Below, one piece after another: positions 55,401 through 61,652 of a DNA stretch of 64,000 nt. Below the pieces are notes generated by a model, which was not told the origin of the DNA, searched no databases, and was given only the letters and a program-made list of their open reading frames with translations. Source of the stretch: Methylococcaceae bacterium (lineage in GTDB: Bacteria; Pseudomonadota; Gammaproteobacteria; Methylococcales; Methylococcaceae); assembly GCA_004299145.1 (NCBI GenBank), contig SCQD01000173.1, positions 253 through 64,252 on the forward strand, read 5' to 3'. The position numbers and the translations under genes are program-made. How positions within the stretch are numbered: the stretch's first letter is position 1; every line of letters starts with the position of its first letter.

Positions 55401-57826
55401 CGGCGGGCGGCGACGTGCGCGATCTGTCGGTGATGCTGCCGACCAGCGGCAAGCCGTTCGGCACGCTGAGCGAGGCGGCCAACCAGTGGACGCAAAACCA
55501 TACCCTCGTCGACGGCGGCGGCGATTTACGCGTGGCGGCGGGCAACGACATCGTCGGCGGCGAATATTACGTCGGCCTCGGCAGCGGTGAGCTGCGAGCC
55601 GGCGGCAGCATCGGCAAGTCGGCCAACGGCCTGGGCGCGCTGCTGGAACTGGGCGATGCGCGCTTTACGCTGACGGCGCGGCAGGACGTGGTGGTCGGCT
55701 CGGCATTCAACCCCACCGTGCTGCGGCAAAGCAGCGTACTGCCGCTGGGCGCCGGCGGCGATTCGCGCTTTTTCACTTACGGCGCCAACAGCGCCGTCGC
55801 GCTGAACGCCGTCGCCGGCAACGTCGTGCTGCAAAACGACGTCGATGCCATCCGCATGGCCAAAAACATCGACACCAGCCTGGCGTCGGGTTTCGAATAC
55901 GCCGTTTATCCCGGCACGTTGCAAGCGGCGGCTTACTCGGGCGATATCCGCATCGACCGCTCGCTGACGCTGTTTCCCTCGGCGGCGGGCGAGCTGAGCC
56001 TGCTGGCGAACCGCAACATCGGCGCTGACAGCGACGCCGCGCAGTTGATCAACATCAATATGTCCGACGCCGATCCGGCCTTCCTGCCCGGCGTGAACAC
56101 CCCGGCGCAGCAATTGGAAGGCAGCCTGAGCGACGGGCTGATAAGAACGCGGGAACGGCTGGACCCGTCCACGCCGGACGCCACGCTGATCCATGCCGCC
56201 GTGCCGTTGCACGGCAACCCCTGGGAGCGCGGGCGTCCCGCCCGCCCGGCGGCCAAGATGGCCGCGACCCCAGGGAGCGGGCAAGATGCCCGCGCTCCCA
56301 GGGGAGTCACCACCAAACCCACCATCATCGCCAAACTAGGCGACATCGCATTCAGCTCCAGCGCGGAAGTGACGTTTTTCCTGCCGCAGGCCGCCGAGTT
56401 CCGCGCCGGCCGGGACGTGGTCAATTTGAGCTTGTCCGGGCAGAACCTGTCGGTCGACGACGTGACGCGGATTACGGCGGGCCGCGACATCAGCTTCGAC
56501 GCGCTGATCGACGGCGACGGCATCGTGCAGGCCAACGACAAGCAGATCGAACTGGGCGGGCCGGGGCAATTGCAGATTCAGGCCGGCCGCAACGTCAGCC
56601 TGGGTGGTTCGGCCGGCATCAATAGCATAGGCAACACCAAAAACCTGGCTTTGCCGGACCAGGGCGGCGCGGGCATAGATCTATTGGTGGGCAGCACCCA
56701 GCCGCCGGATTACGCCGGATTCATCGACCAATACTTCACCCTCGGCAGCGACTATCTCGACCGGCTGAGCTTCAGCGACGACCACGGCGTGGATAGGCTG
56801 GCCGGTTTGGCGCCGGCGCAAAAACTGGCCTGGCTCCAGCAATTGCCGGCGGAAGGCCAGCAAAAATTCTTGCTGGACGCGCTGTTCAACGAAATCAAGC
56901 TGGCCTCGGCCCATGCCGCCGCGGCGCCGGAAGCTGAGCGCAAAGCTTTCTATCAGCAGGGATTCGATGCGATTGCGGCGTTGTTTCCCAACCTTACGCC
57001 CCCTCTCCCCGCGGGAGAGGGTTGGGGTGAGGGCATTCAAACGCTCGACAGTTACCAAGGCGACCTCTCCCTGGTATTCAGCCAGATCAAAACGCTGGCG
57101 GGCGGGGCTATTCATCTGGCCGTGCCGGGTGGAGCGGTCAACGTCGGTCTGGCCGGCAAAGTCGGCGGCATCCAGAAAGGCGCCGACCAGCTCGGCATCG
57201 TCGCCCAGCAGGCCGGCGACGTGGCTGCGTTCAGCCGGGACGATTTCAACGTCAACCAGTCGCGCGTGTTCACCATGGGCGGCGGCGACATCGCCATCTG
57301 GTCCTCGCAAGGCAATATCGACGCCGGCAAAGGCGCCAAGTCGGCGATTTCCGCGCCCGCGCCGATCACCAGCGTCGACGCCAAGGGCAACATCGTCACG
57401 ATTTTTCCGCCCATCGTGTCGGGCAGCGGCATCCAGACCATCAATCCGCAGGATAAAACCCGGCGCCAGGGCAACGTCTATCTGGCGGCGCCGGTCGGCA
57501 TCGTCGACGCCGGTGAAGCCGGCATCAGCGGCGGGCGCATCGTCATCGCCGCCACCGCCGTGGTCGGTGCTTCCAACATCTCGGCTTCCGGCGGTTCGGT
57601 CGGCGTGCCAGCGGCGGTAGCTCCGCCGGTGGTACCCGGCGGCGCGGCCGCCGCCGCCACCAGCGCGGCCAAATCGGCCATGCAGAGTGGCGAAGACGAC
57701 GAGAAAAAGGCCCAGAGCGGTGAAGCGAAAAAAGCCACGGTCAGCCTGCTCAGCGCCGACGTCGTGGGCTACGGCGATTGCAGCGTCGCCGATGTGCGCG
57801 AGGAGAAGCCGGGATGTGGGGGGTGA
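46481..57826 (+). CDS. giant TpsA exoprotein (filamentous-haemagglutinin family, ~3,781 aa)
   Basis: Signal peptide MTGLLAQTIRAIIAGSVAMGAGVSPAYA. TPS domain (LDWQRFNIGAGNSVRFEQP...ALNNIH...ANGQVYLVNQNGFVFG). Long Gly/Ala/Asp-rich beta-helix repeats. C-terminal GGDIAIWSSQGNIDAGKGAKSAISAP module typical of the large FhaB-like family. The ORF-track start at 46133 runs through a REP array, so ATG 46481 is preferred. Confidence 0.9.
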   Translation: MTGLLAQTIRAIIAGSVAMGAGVSPAYAELPVPLTPVTLSKTPVDIATQGQATAAIAGHAMTIKQLSDKTTLDWQRFNIGAGNSVRFEQPSSSSVALNNIHQADPSRILGTLTANGQVYLVNQNGFVFGKDSQVNVNALVATTLGISDTVFQNGITQAFDLDGSAALQGSGEVYLKDNNGAYLLDGQGQKIKIQILLENGAGIRSNAPGGRVILAAPVIDNAGDISTPDGQTILAAAKDKVYLQEAGADSGIRGLLVEVGSGGAVNNVGKVLAERGNASLLGFAVNQRGLVSATTSVSLNGSVRLLAREGIQDPSGSGGKLLPAATVRAEALDDGLGGKAGVHLAGGSLTQVGLDADKTATAIDAQTQNRSHVEISGHDVTVQAGATIQAQSGNIDIAAVDDPTDPGIKGDARVVLEAGSRIDAAGVKNLSLPVQRNVVQVELRANELRDAPAQRGGVLYGQTVAVDLREAKLAYDADSGALTSAGIPVADIKGAVDRIARNIDERSTSGGTVTLKSSGDVVTQSGSVIDISGGSIAYRSGTIATTQLVADGQVFDIAHADPNRHYDAILGQAQETHPHWGITENWTIPGLALQRFEPGYLEGKAGGTLHIAAYQAWLDGAVDGGTVAGPLQRTADSRAAGSTWVLDLNNNNLLGKQDVVFRQNPHPSPFPAEGDWSEGSAETAPLTIDAGWFKRSGISHVELKTNGSVSLLSGARLELPDNGSLNLAAAGFDIQGAIVAPSGTVTLQPVSAADTRLPSPITLGATTLIDVAGRWVNDLLGSQQGNAELWSAAAERSGDAALDFAAMRFPTGPQSWIDSQPALVQQTSSATKAIAPSRYRLPAHSIADHGGEVTLVTEQGDLQLDQGSRIDVSGGAWLDVDARLHAGQAGAIQLTAATHDGGGAPSSLILDGALAGWGLTQGGSLSLDTSAVVISETPPANSVGYAVRTFDDGERYAQRTLQLTPDFFRQGGFADYRLTSNRYGLTLADNTALTLRQQNLQLSGAAAQQAGGVRLLDFSTPVTLPDAVRNPVNLQLSLSQLLAQDREQSLTIGLSALIQTDADGAVQLDSDTSIQVDGTIVAPGGNITLNINTPSAGDKGYFATQGIQLGAASRLLAPGAFKPTLNEAGLKTGEVLSGGNVTLTARRGYIVSSPGSLIDVSGTAASLDIQYSAAAGLPVVRQQIVSSGGNITLRAGEGMLAEGSLLAKGGDGAAGGALSVELNRNLRNKPLIPLSDGLFPDDVDAALPRSIVISDTDSHPASSPSSGMAWFNSAQLNDAGFDSLRFKTDVLGADGTYAGNIQFKGNVQLSAPRQIVLDTPQLKTAGGIIGLHTDYAALGSSGSRIDTDLGDGSFSSTLAPAPKTGSGSFSVSAQGIDLIGGLSFNGFDKVHLNSQGDVRTIGIRVRSDTKDYLGQLKLAGDLTIQASQVYPATLSDYRINLSGDQATLTLSNSGAAPSPVYSAAGKLTLSAADIQQSGVLKAPFGTLVLDAARQLTLAPGSLTSVSGAGLTVLFGQGSGGMNWLYPLDSTGNTNLAIDHPPEKHISLTGKNIALQDGAKVELSGGGDLYAYEFIAGPGGSVDVLDPSAAGYTPKYAVLPTLNHALTPYDPKEFAAAGLQVGDSVYLSSGSALAAGWYTLLPAHYALLPGAYLLTPQADSRDRLPGQASTDLLGATLIAGRYGAAGTATGDGRWQGFAVEPGAVARTRAQYTDYLANRFFAEQAAAGGGVSARALPQDAGSLALSAQTGLTLGAELAAAPAGGGLGGQVDISATHLAIIGRREDDEAAAGTVYLPADALNQLNAPSLLLGGVRSQSANGRRVTVAAQTLTIAGNAALRGAEILLAAQNTLKLESGALVSSTGKNGGGGVDLQVANQGQNSGDGVLLRVSASGQADIDRVGRVTGKTGTLIVESGARLASDNSMLLDATQNTVFDGAIDMRGGSLALRAGKISLGDAPKGTTGLVLSSAHFDLDELQLSSTGNLDIYGNVAVDAGLLAVDAAAIDGHGNADATLTAEVLRLGYSGDGTRSSFPSSSLETRTGKLRLPEPDPELGNQRNFRFQTQGLSTLEQRFMFLQPGGLPAISRGLSGATPPVTDIDMKPTTLEGSQRATERESLRPLQGRMDQTTIPSGGVAGAQPPANSLEPSGFPRFRSFPSSSLGTRTGKLWLPEFEQTGNRSFPDRVPKPELGNQRNQLLLHADQIQLASGDYAITGFGQVDLRATTAIKGLGQTLDPLTGQASLAAAGNLSVAGDLHLQAGHYTGAAGATTRIDAGEHAVTITSPGSADPAWSSGLGASLSISGASIAGSGRFDLPSGRLELTATQGDVALNSGTHIDVSGRALTFAELTRYAPAGSVSLAAPRGNVDLAAGAGIDLSSAASDALPFGDAGLLKISAPQGRFLWNGTITALGGVAGDSADSGVMPRGEETGGKDMAENNLFDGATPPQGQFQLDVDNFGAGGFSALNRKLAAAGFSAALTLQQRSGDIAITADDTVTAHQLVLRADQGGVTIDGGIDASGARAGEVSIHGGNGITLGATGKIAANATAAGADGGSVMLDAVPGSAAILAASWGRGHLGRSAGGTPALPGLDLSHTGTVIDVSGGQGGAGGSVHLRAGRDDAQHSVAVTDINTRIVGAAPERTVLEAVRVYDGQSVIDADAIAAWQSDTSRFMATAISPANASGAAIPLLPGLEIRGNADLTLASRWDLLSWRYNDAEGAATLPGFLTLRANGDLNVKATLSDAFATALIPGQTSTQLQDLLQPGRSWSYQLIAGGDLTLAHSYSAPDPFGYGQKVDSQVMVRTGTGAIALQAGGDIQFAGNRYDPNAAAAVYTMGRPADYTRGQLLSGAVPGVPARLDGETDAAYLNRLDPAQMNTLLRYGYFNETLLGLAFSVAEYPTQGGAVKLTAGGNITGIATGQEISDWQVRSGVIDVNFRPTAWGINVSGDRSGAVNNISAKGLRYFNQNVGALGGGDVTVTAGGDVRDLSVMLPTSGKPFGTLSEAANQWTQNHTLVDGGGDLRVAAGNDIVGGEYYVGLGSGELRAGGSIGKSANGLGALLELGDARFTLTARQDVVVGSAFNPTVLRQSSVLPLGAGGDSRFFTYGANSAVALNAVAGNVVLQNDVDAIRMAKNIDTSLASGFEYAVYPGTLQAAAYSGDIRIDRSLTLFPSAAGELSLLANRNIGADSDAAQLININMSDADPAFLPGVNTPAQQLEGSLSDGLIRTRERLDPSTPDATLIHAAVPLHGNPWERGRPARPAAKMAATPGSGQDARAPRGVTTKPTIIAKLGDIAFSSSAEVTFFLPQAAEFRAGRDVVNLSLSGQNLSVDDVTRITAGRDISFDALIDGDGIVQANDKQIELGGPGQLQIQAGRNVSLGGSAGINSIGNTKNLALPDQGGAGIDLLVGSTQPPDYAGFIDQYFTLGSDYLDRLSFSDDHGVDRLAGLAPAQKLAWLQQLPAEGQQKFLLDALFNEIKLASAHAAAAPEAERKAFYQQGFDAIAALFPNLTPPLPAGEGWGEGIQTLDSYQGDLSLVFSQIKTLAGGAIHLAVPGGAVNVGLAGKVGGIQKGADQLGIVAQQAGDVAAFSRDDFNVNQSRVFTMGGGDIAIWSSQGNIDAGKGAKSAISAPAPITSVDAKGNIVTIFPPIVSGSGIQTINPQDKTRRQGNVYLAAPVGIVDAGEAGISGGRIVIAATAVVGASNISASGGSVGVPAAVAPPVVPGGAAAAATSAAKSAMQSGEDDEKKAQSGEAKKATVSLLSADVVGYGDCSVADVREEKPGCGG
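48471..48517. repeat. REP, type D, inside tpsA
   Basis: ACCCTCACCCCAGCCCTTTCCCGGCGGAGGGGGACTGGAGCGAGGGT. It is the reverse complement of the copy at 56998-57034. Confidence 0.6.
48845..49019. mobile_element. MITE-like element with ~48-nt terminal inverted repeats, inside tpsA
   Basis: Left end CTATGGAGCGCGGCGGCAGAACGCAGTGGCGACGCCGCTTTGGATTTCG. The reverse complement of the right end is CTATGGAGTGCGCCGGCAAGCGATAGCGCGACGGCGCTATGGCTTTCG. A solo end (CTATGGAGTGCG) lies at 57829, just after the tpsA stop. Confidence 0.65.
49307..49364. repeat. 58-nt REP, type C, inside tpsA
   Basis: Near-identical to the intergenic copies at 8736 and 17753. Translated as VGYAVRTFDDGERYAQRTLQ. Confidence 0.8.
52555..53060. 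repeat. ~0.5-kb composite REP/MITE block inside tpsA
   Basis: Type A hairpin pairs at both ends (52566-52640 and 52935-53050) flank a long nested palindrome (GCAACCCGGAGGGTTGC; CCGGGGGTTGAGCGGAGCGACACCCCCGG / CCGGGGGTGTCGCTGGCGCTCAACCCCCGG; CGACCCTGGAGGGGTCGCAG / CTGCGACCCCTCCAGGGTCG). Confidence 0.85.
54152..54235. repeat. REP, type B, inside tpsA
   Basis: CCTGGGAGCGCGGCCATCCTGGCCGC...GGGCGGGACGCCCGCGCTCCCAGGG. Confidence 0.75.
56218..56304. repeat. REP, type B, inside tpsA
   Basis: CCCCTGGGAGCGCGGGCGTCCCGCCCGCC...GGGCAAGATGCCCGCGCTCCCAGGGG. Confidence 0.75.
56998..57034. repeat. REP, type D, inside tpsA
   Basis: GCCCCCTCTCCCCGCGGGAGAGGGTTGGGGTGAGGGC, containing the palindrome CCCTCTCCC-CGCG-GGAGAGGG. 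Confidence 0.6.
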
Positions 57827-57828
57827 CT

Positions 57829-58072
57829 ATGGAGTGCGTTGGCTGGTTCCCAAGCTCCTGCTTGGGAACCCGGCCCAGGAAGCTCCGGCTTCCTGGCCGC
57901 GAAACTGGCGCGGACACAGCGCGGGACGGGGTTTAAACCCCGTCCCAAACGTTTGTATACCCAAGGGCCGTGGATACCCCCGAAGTCGGGAAGCCGGAGC
58001 TTCCCCGTCCGCGCTCCAGAAGCCTTAACTATTCCGCTTCGCGGCGGCTTTCCCAAGCTGGAGCTTGGGAAC
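57829..58072. repeat. REP array between tpsA and the exbB-like gene
   Basis: Solo MITE end, GGTTCCCAAGCTCCTGCTTGGGAACC, CCAGGAAGCTCCGGCTTCCTGG, GGGACGGGGTTTAAACCCCGTCCC, GGGAAGCCGGAGCTTCCCC and TTCCCAAGCTGGAGCTTGGGAA. Confidence 0.85.
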
Positions 58073-58112
58073 GAGCAAAACGAGCAAATGAGCAAACACA
58101 CGATTAAAACCA

Positions 58113-60017
58113 ATGAATAAAACCACACACACCGCTCTCAAACTCGGCCTGCTGCTGTTGGTCATGCCGGCCATCGCCCTGGCCTGGTGGAACGGCGACT
58201 GGTCGTCGCGCAAATCCTTGACCGTCGACGCCGCCGCTTCCGGCGCGGACGTGCAGGCCACACTCAGCGACGTGCCGCTGCTGCTGCGCCTGCATACCGG
58301 CAACTTCGGTTTCTTCGCCGAACTCGCCGACAACGGCAAAGACCTGCGCTTTATGCTGGACGATAAAACCGCGCTCAAGCACCACGTCGAAAAAATCGAT
58401 GCGCCGGCGGAGCTGGGCCTGGTCTGGGTCAAGCTGCCGACCGTGCGCGGCGGCGTCAGTACCGATGCTTTTTCGATGTACTACGGCAACGCCGGCGTCG
58501 CCGACGCTTCCGACGCCAAAGGCATTTACGACGCCGATCAGGCGCTGGTGTTTCATTTCAATGAAGGCGAAACCCTACCGCAGGACGCCACCGCTTATGG
58601 CTTGCACGCCGCCGCTTCCAAAGCCGCCCTGGAGCCGGTCGGCTGGATAGGCGCGGCGGCCCGGTTCGACGGCCAGGGCGGCATCCGCGTCGATGCCGCG
58701 CCGGCTCTGGCCATCGACCCCGAACGCGGCTGGACTTTCAGCGCCTGGGCCAAAATCGACCAGGCCCAGCCCGGCGCCGTGCTGGTGCAGGCCAAAGCCG
58801 GCACCGGCTGGCTGGAACTGGTGGTGCAGGACGCCGGACTGAGCGCGCGTTATCAGGACGTGGACGGCACGGAGGTGCAAACCGCGTCGACCCCCATCAC
58901 CCTGGGCCAATGGCAGCACCTCGCCGTGGTCGCCGAGAAAAACAGCCTGGCCGTGTACCTGAACGGTCAGCGCGTGGCCGAAAGCGCCATCCACCTGAGC
59001 GCATTGCAGCCGGCGCTGATGATAGGCAGCGCCGACGTCGATCATGGCTTTATCGGCCTGCTGGATGAAGTGCAGATCGCCAAACAGGCGCGCAGCGCCG
59101 ACTGGATCAAGTTCCAGTTCCGCAGCCAAAGCCCGGATTTCAACGTCGTCAATTTCGGCCAGGACGAGTCCGGCGGCAGCGACGGCCCCAATTATTTTGT
59201 CATCATCCTGCAAAGCCTGACCGTGGACGGCTGGGTGGTGATCGCGCTGTGCGGCGTGATGTTCGTCATCAGCTCGCTGGTGATGATAGGCAAAGGCCTG
59301 ATGCTGAAGCAGGCGCGCCGCGACAACCAGGCGTTTCTGCAACAGTACCGCAACGTCGATGCCTCGGACCCGGGCGCGTTGGATCGGGAGGAAAGCGCGG
59401 AAGAGCAGGAAATCGGCGATTCCGAGTTTCTCGCCGCCGTGGTCGGCAAGCACGATCATTTTCAGGGCTCGCCGATCTATCACGTTTACCACGCCGGCGT
59501 GCACGAGCTGAAGCAAACCTTCGGCGACAGCAGCATCAACGCCATCCTCACCCCGGAAGCGCTGAACCTGCTGCGCGCGCGGCTGGATGCCGCCGTGGTG
59601 CGCGAAACTCAGAAGCTCAATAAAAACATGGTGTTGCTGACCATCGCCATTTCCGGCGGCCCGTTCCTGGGCCTGCTGGGCACGGTGATGGGCGTGATGA
59701 TCACGTTCGCCGTGATCGCCGCCACCGGCGACGTCAACATCAACTCGATAGCGCCCGGCATTTCCGGCGCGCTGGCCGCCACCGTCGCCGGGCTGGCGGT
59801 CGCCATCCCGGCCTTGTTCGCCTACAACTACCTGCTTACGCAGATCAAGGACCTGACCGCCGACATGCACGTGTTCACCGACGAGTTTCTGGCGCTGATC
59901 TCCAAGCGCGTCGCCGACCGCCGGCGCGGCAATAATGGTTTGACCGTGGCGTTTCCCGACGCATTCATCGATCTGATCGCCGAACGTATTGCCAGGCAGC
60001 AGGAGACGCGCTCATGA
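58113..60017 (+). CDS. DUF2341 + LamG-like periplasmic domain fused to a MotA/TolQ/ExbB proton channel
   Basis: WWNGDWSSRKSLTVD...DLRFMLDDKT...LVWVKLP...MYYGNAG is the DUF2341 hallmark. A LamG-like middle region follows. The C-terminal third has three TM helices with the ExbB-type segment GGPFLGLLGTVMGVM...APGISGALAATVAGLAVAIPALFAYNYL. Confidence 0.85.
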   Translation: MNKTTHTALKLGLLLLVMPAIALAWWNGDWSSRKSLTVDAAASGADVQATLSDVPLLLRLHTGNFGFFAELADNGKDLRFMLDDKTALKHHVEKIDAPAELGLVWVKLPTVRGGVSTDAFSMYYGNAGVADASDAKGIYDADQALVFHFNEGETLPQDATAYGLHAAASKAALEPVGWIGAAARFDGQGGIRVDAAPALAIDPERGWTFSAWAKIDQAQPGAVLVQAKAGTGWLELVVQDAGLSARYQDVDGTEVQTASTPITLGQWQHLAVVAEKNSLAVYLNGQRVAESAIHLSALQPALMIGSADVDHGFIGLLDEVQIAKQARSADWIKFQFRSQSPDFNVVNFGQDESGGSDGPNYFVIILQSLTVDGWVVIALCGVMFVISSLVMIGKGLMLKQARRDNQAFLQQYRNVDASDPGALDREESAEEQEIGDSEFLAAVVGKHDHFQGSPIYHVYHAGVHELKQTFGDSSINAILTPEALNLLRARLDAAVVRETQKLNKNMVLLTIAISGGPFLGLLGTVMGVMITFAVIAATGDVNINSIAPGISGALAATVAGLAVAIPALFAYNYLLTQIKDLTADMHVFTDEFLALISKRVADRRRGNNGLTVAFPDAFIDLIAERIARQQETRS

Positions 60018-60418
60018 AAGTCGGCGAAGAAGGCAAGGTTTACGACGACATCAACATCACGCCGATGCTGGACGTGGCTTACGTGCTGCTGCTGATCTTC
60101 ATCATCATGACCACCGCGACGGTGCAGGGCATTACCGTGAACCTGCCCAAGGCCAGCAGCACCCCGGCCTTGTCCAAGCCCAAGACCAAGGCGATTTCCA
60201 TCACCAAGGACGGCGCGGTGTACCTGGACACTTATCCGGTGTCGCTGGCGGACCTGGAGACCCGGCTGGGCCAATACAAGGCCGCCACGCCCGACCTGCC
60301 GGTGGTGGTCAAGGCCGACGCCGCCGTGAGCTACGAAAAAGTCGTCGAAGTGCTGGACGTCATCGCCCGCCTGGAAATCAGCCAGTTGGGGCTGGTGACG
60401 CAGAAGTTGGTGAAGTAA
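60014..60418 (+). CDS. exbD: ExbD/TolR-family protein
   Basis: INITPMLDVAYVLLLIFIIMT, followed by a periplasmic domain. 4-nt overlap with the upstream gene. Confidence 0.9.
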   Translation: MKVGEEGKVYDDINITPMLDVAYVLLLIFIIMTTATVQGITVNLPKASSTPALSKPKTKAISITKDGAVYLDTYPVSLADLETRLGQYKAATPDLPVVVKADAAVSYEKVVEVLDVIARLEISQLGLVTQKLVK

Positions 60419-60442
60419 GTGCCGAGGGAGGTGATGTCCCGC

Positions 60443-60628
60443 TGGTTCCCAAGCTCCAGCTTCCGCTGGTTCCCAAGCTCCAGCTTGGGAACCCGGTCTT
60501 GGAAGCTCCGGCTTCCTGTCTGTCCGCCCGTTCGGGCCCGGGAAGCTGGAGCTTGGGAACGAGGAAACCGCCGTTACTTATGCGGCGCGGCGCGCCGAGG
60601 ATGCATTCCCACGCGGCGCGTGGGAACG
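60443..60628. repeat. REP array between exbD and the tonB-like gene
   Basis: Tandem GGTTCCCAAGCTCCAGCTT units, GGAAGCTCCGGCTTCC, GGGAAGCTGGAGCTTGGGAAC and ATTCCCACGCGGCGCGTGGGAAC. Confidence 0.85.
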
Positions 60629-60639
60629 AGAAAACGGTG

Positions 60640-61314
60640 ATGAATAGAAGCCGACGCTGGCTGAATCACCTGCCGCTGCTGATCGGCATCGCTTTGACGC
60701 TGCTCATCGCGCTGGCGGTGTATTTGCTGCAAGACACGTTCCGCAAGCCGGCGCAGGCCAAAAAGCAGATTCAGCAGGTCACGCTGGTGCAGCTGCCGCC
60801 CCCACCCCCGCCGCTACCAGAAACCAAGCCGCCTGAGCCCGAACCCGAGCCGGAAAAGCTGCCGGAGCCTGAACCCGAACCAGAGCCGGAACCCGCGCCG
60901 GAGCCGGCGGACGAGCCGGTCGGCGAGGAACTGGGCCTGGATGCCGAAGGCGGTGCCGGTGCGGACGGTTTCGGCCTCATGGGCAAAAAAGGCGGGCGCG
61001 GCTTATTGGGCGGCAGCGGCGGCAGCGCGATCCTCTGGTACGGCGGCCAGGTCAAGCGCGGCCTCGAAGAAGCCTTGCAGCAGCAATTGCCGGCGGACAG
61101 CGGCGCGCGCCAGGCGGCGTATACCGTGCAGCTGAACGTCTGGGTGAGCGGCGACGGCAGCGTCGAGCGCGCCGAACTGTCCGGTTCCAGCGGCAAGCCG
61201 GAGGTCGATGCGGCGCTACGCGCCGCCTTGGCGGGCGTGCGTTTCAGCCTGCCCAAAGCGCCGCCGCCGAACATGCCGCAGCCGTTGAAAGTGCGGGTGA
61301 TTTCAAGGATGTAG
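60640..61314 (+). CDS. TonB-like energy transducer
   Basis: N-terminal TM anchor. Pro/Glu-rich spacer (PPPPPPLPETKPPEPEPEPEKLPEPEPEPEPEP). C-terminal TonB_C-like domain. ATG 60640 is preferred over the REP-derived upstream extension from 59989. Confidence 0.8.
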   Translation: MNRSRRWLNHLPLLIGIALTLLIALAVYLLQDTFRKPAQAKKQIQQVTLVQLPPPPPPLPETKPPEPEPEPEKLPEPEPEPEPEPAPEPADEPVGEELGLDAEGGAGADGFGLMGKKGGRGLLGGSGGSAILWYGGQVKRGLEEALQQQLPADSGARQAAYTVQLNVWVSGDGSVERAELSGSSGKPEVDAALRAALAGVRFSLPKAPPPNMPQPLKVRVISRM

Positions 61315-61321
61315 GGTTGCC

Positions 61322-61613
61322 CCCTGGGAGCGCGATCGATCTCGTTCCCAAGCTCCAGCTTGGGAACGCGGCCCTGGAAGCTCTTGCTTCCCGTGCCGGA
61401 CCTATGCATCGCCAGTGCCGTTCTCAGCTGGACCTCAGCCGGACGGGGTATTCACCCCGTCCGTAACGTTTGTACACACCATCGCTTCACGTTTACGACA
61501 AACGTCTTGGATGCATACAAACGCTTGGGGCGAGGTTCAAACCCCGTCCCGCCTAGGAACACGGGAAGCCGGAGCTTCCCGCACCGGGTTCCCAAGCTGG
61601 AGCTTGGGAACCA
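61322..61613. repeat. REP array between the tonB-like and porin-like genes
   Basis: Partial type B end, CGTTCCCAAGCTCCAGCTTGGGAACG, GGACGGGGTATTCACCCCGTCC, GGGGCGAGGTTCAAACCCCGTCCC, GGGAAGCCGGAGCTTCCC and GGTTCCCAAGCTGGAGCTTGGGAACC. Confidence 0.85.
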
Positions 61614-61652
61614 GAAACCAGCAAATCTCAACCACAACACCGATACACGACA

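Noticed and set aside
57000-58112. CdiA-type C-terminal toxin plus immunity gene after tpsA
   Set aside because: There is no VENN-like demarcation motif or distinct toxin domain. The C-terminus is the conserved GGDIAIWSSQGNIDAGKGAK module followed by an Ala/Lys-rich tail. The 286-nt downstream gap is REP sequence with no immunity ORF.
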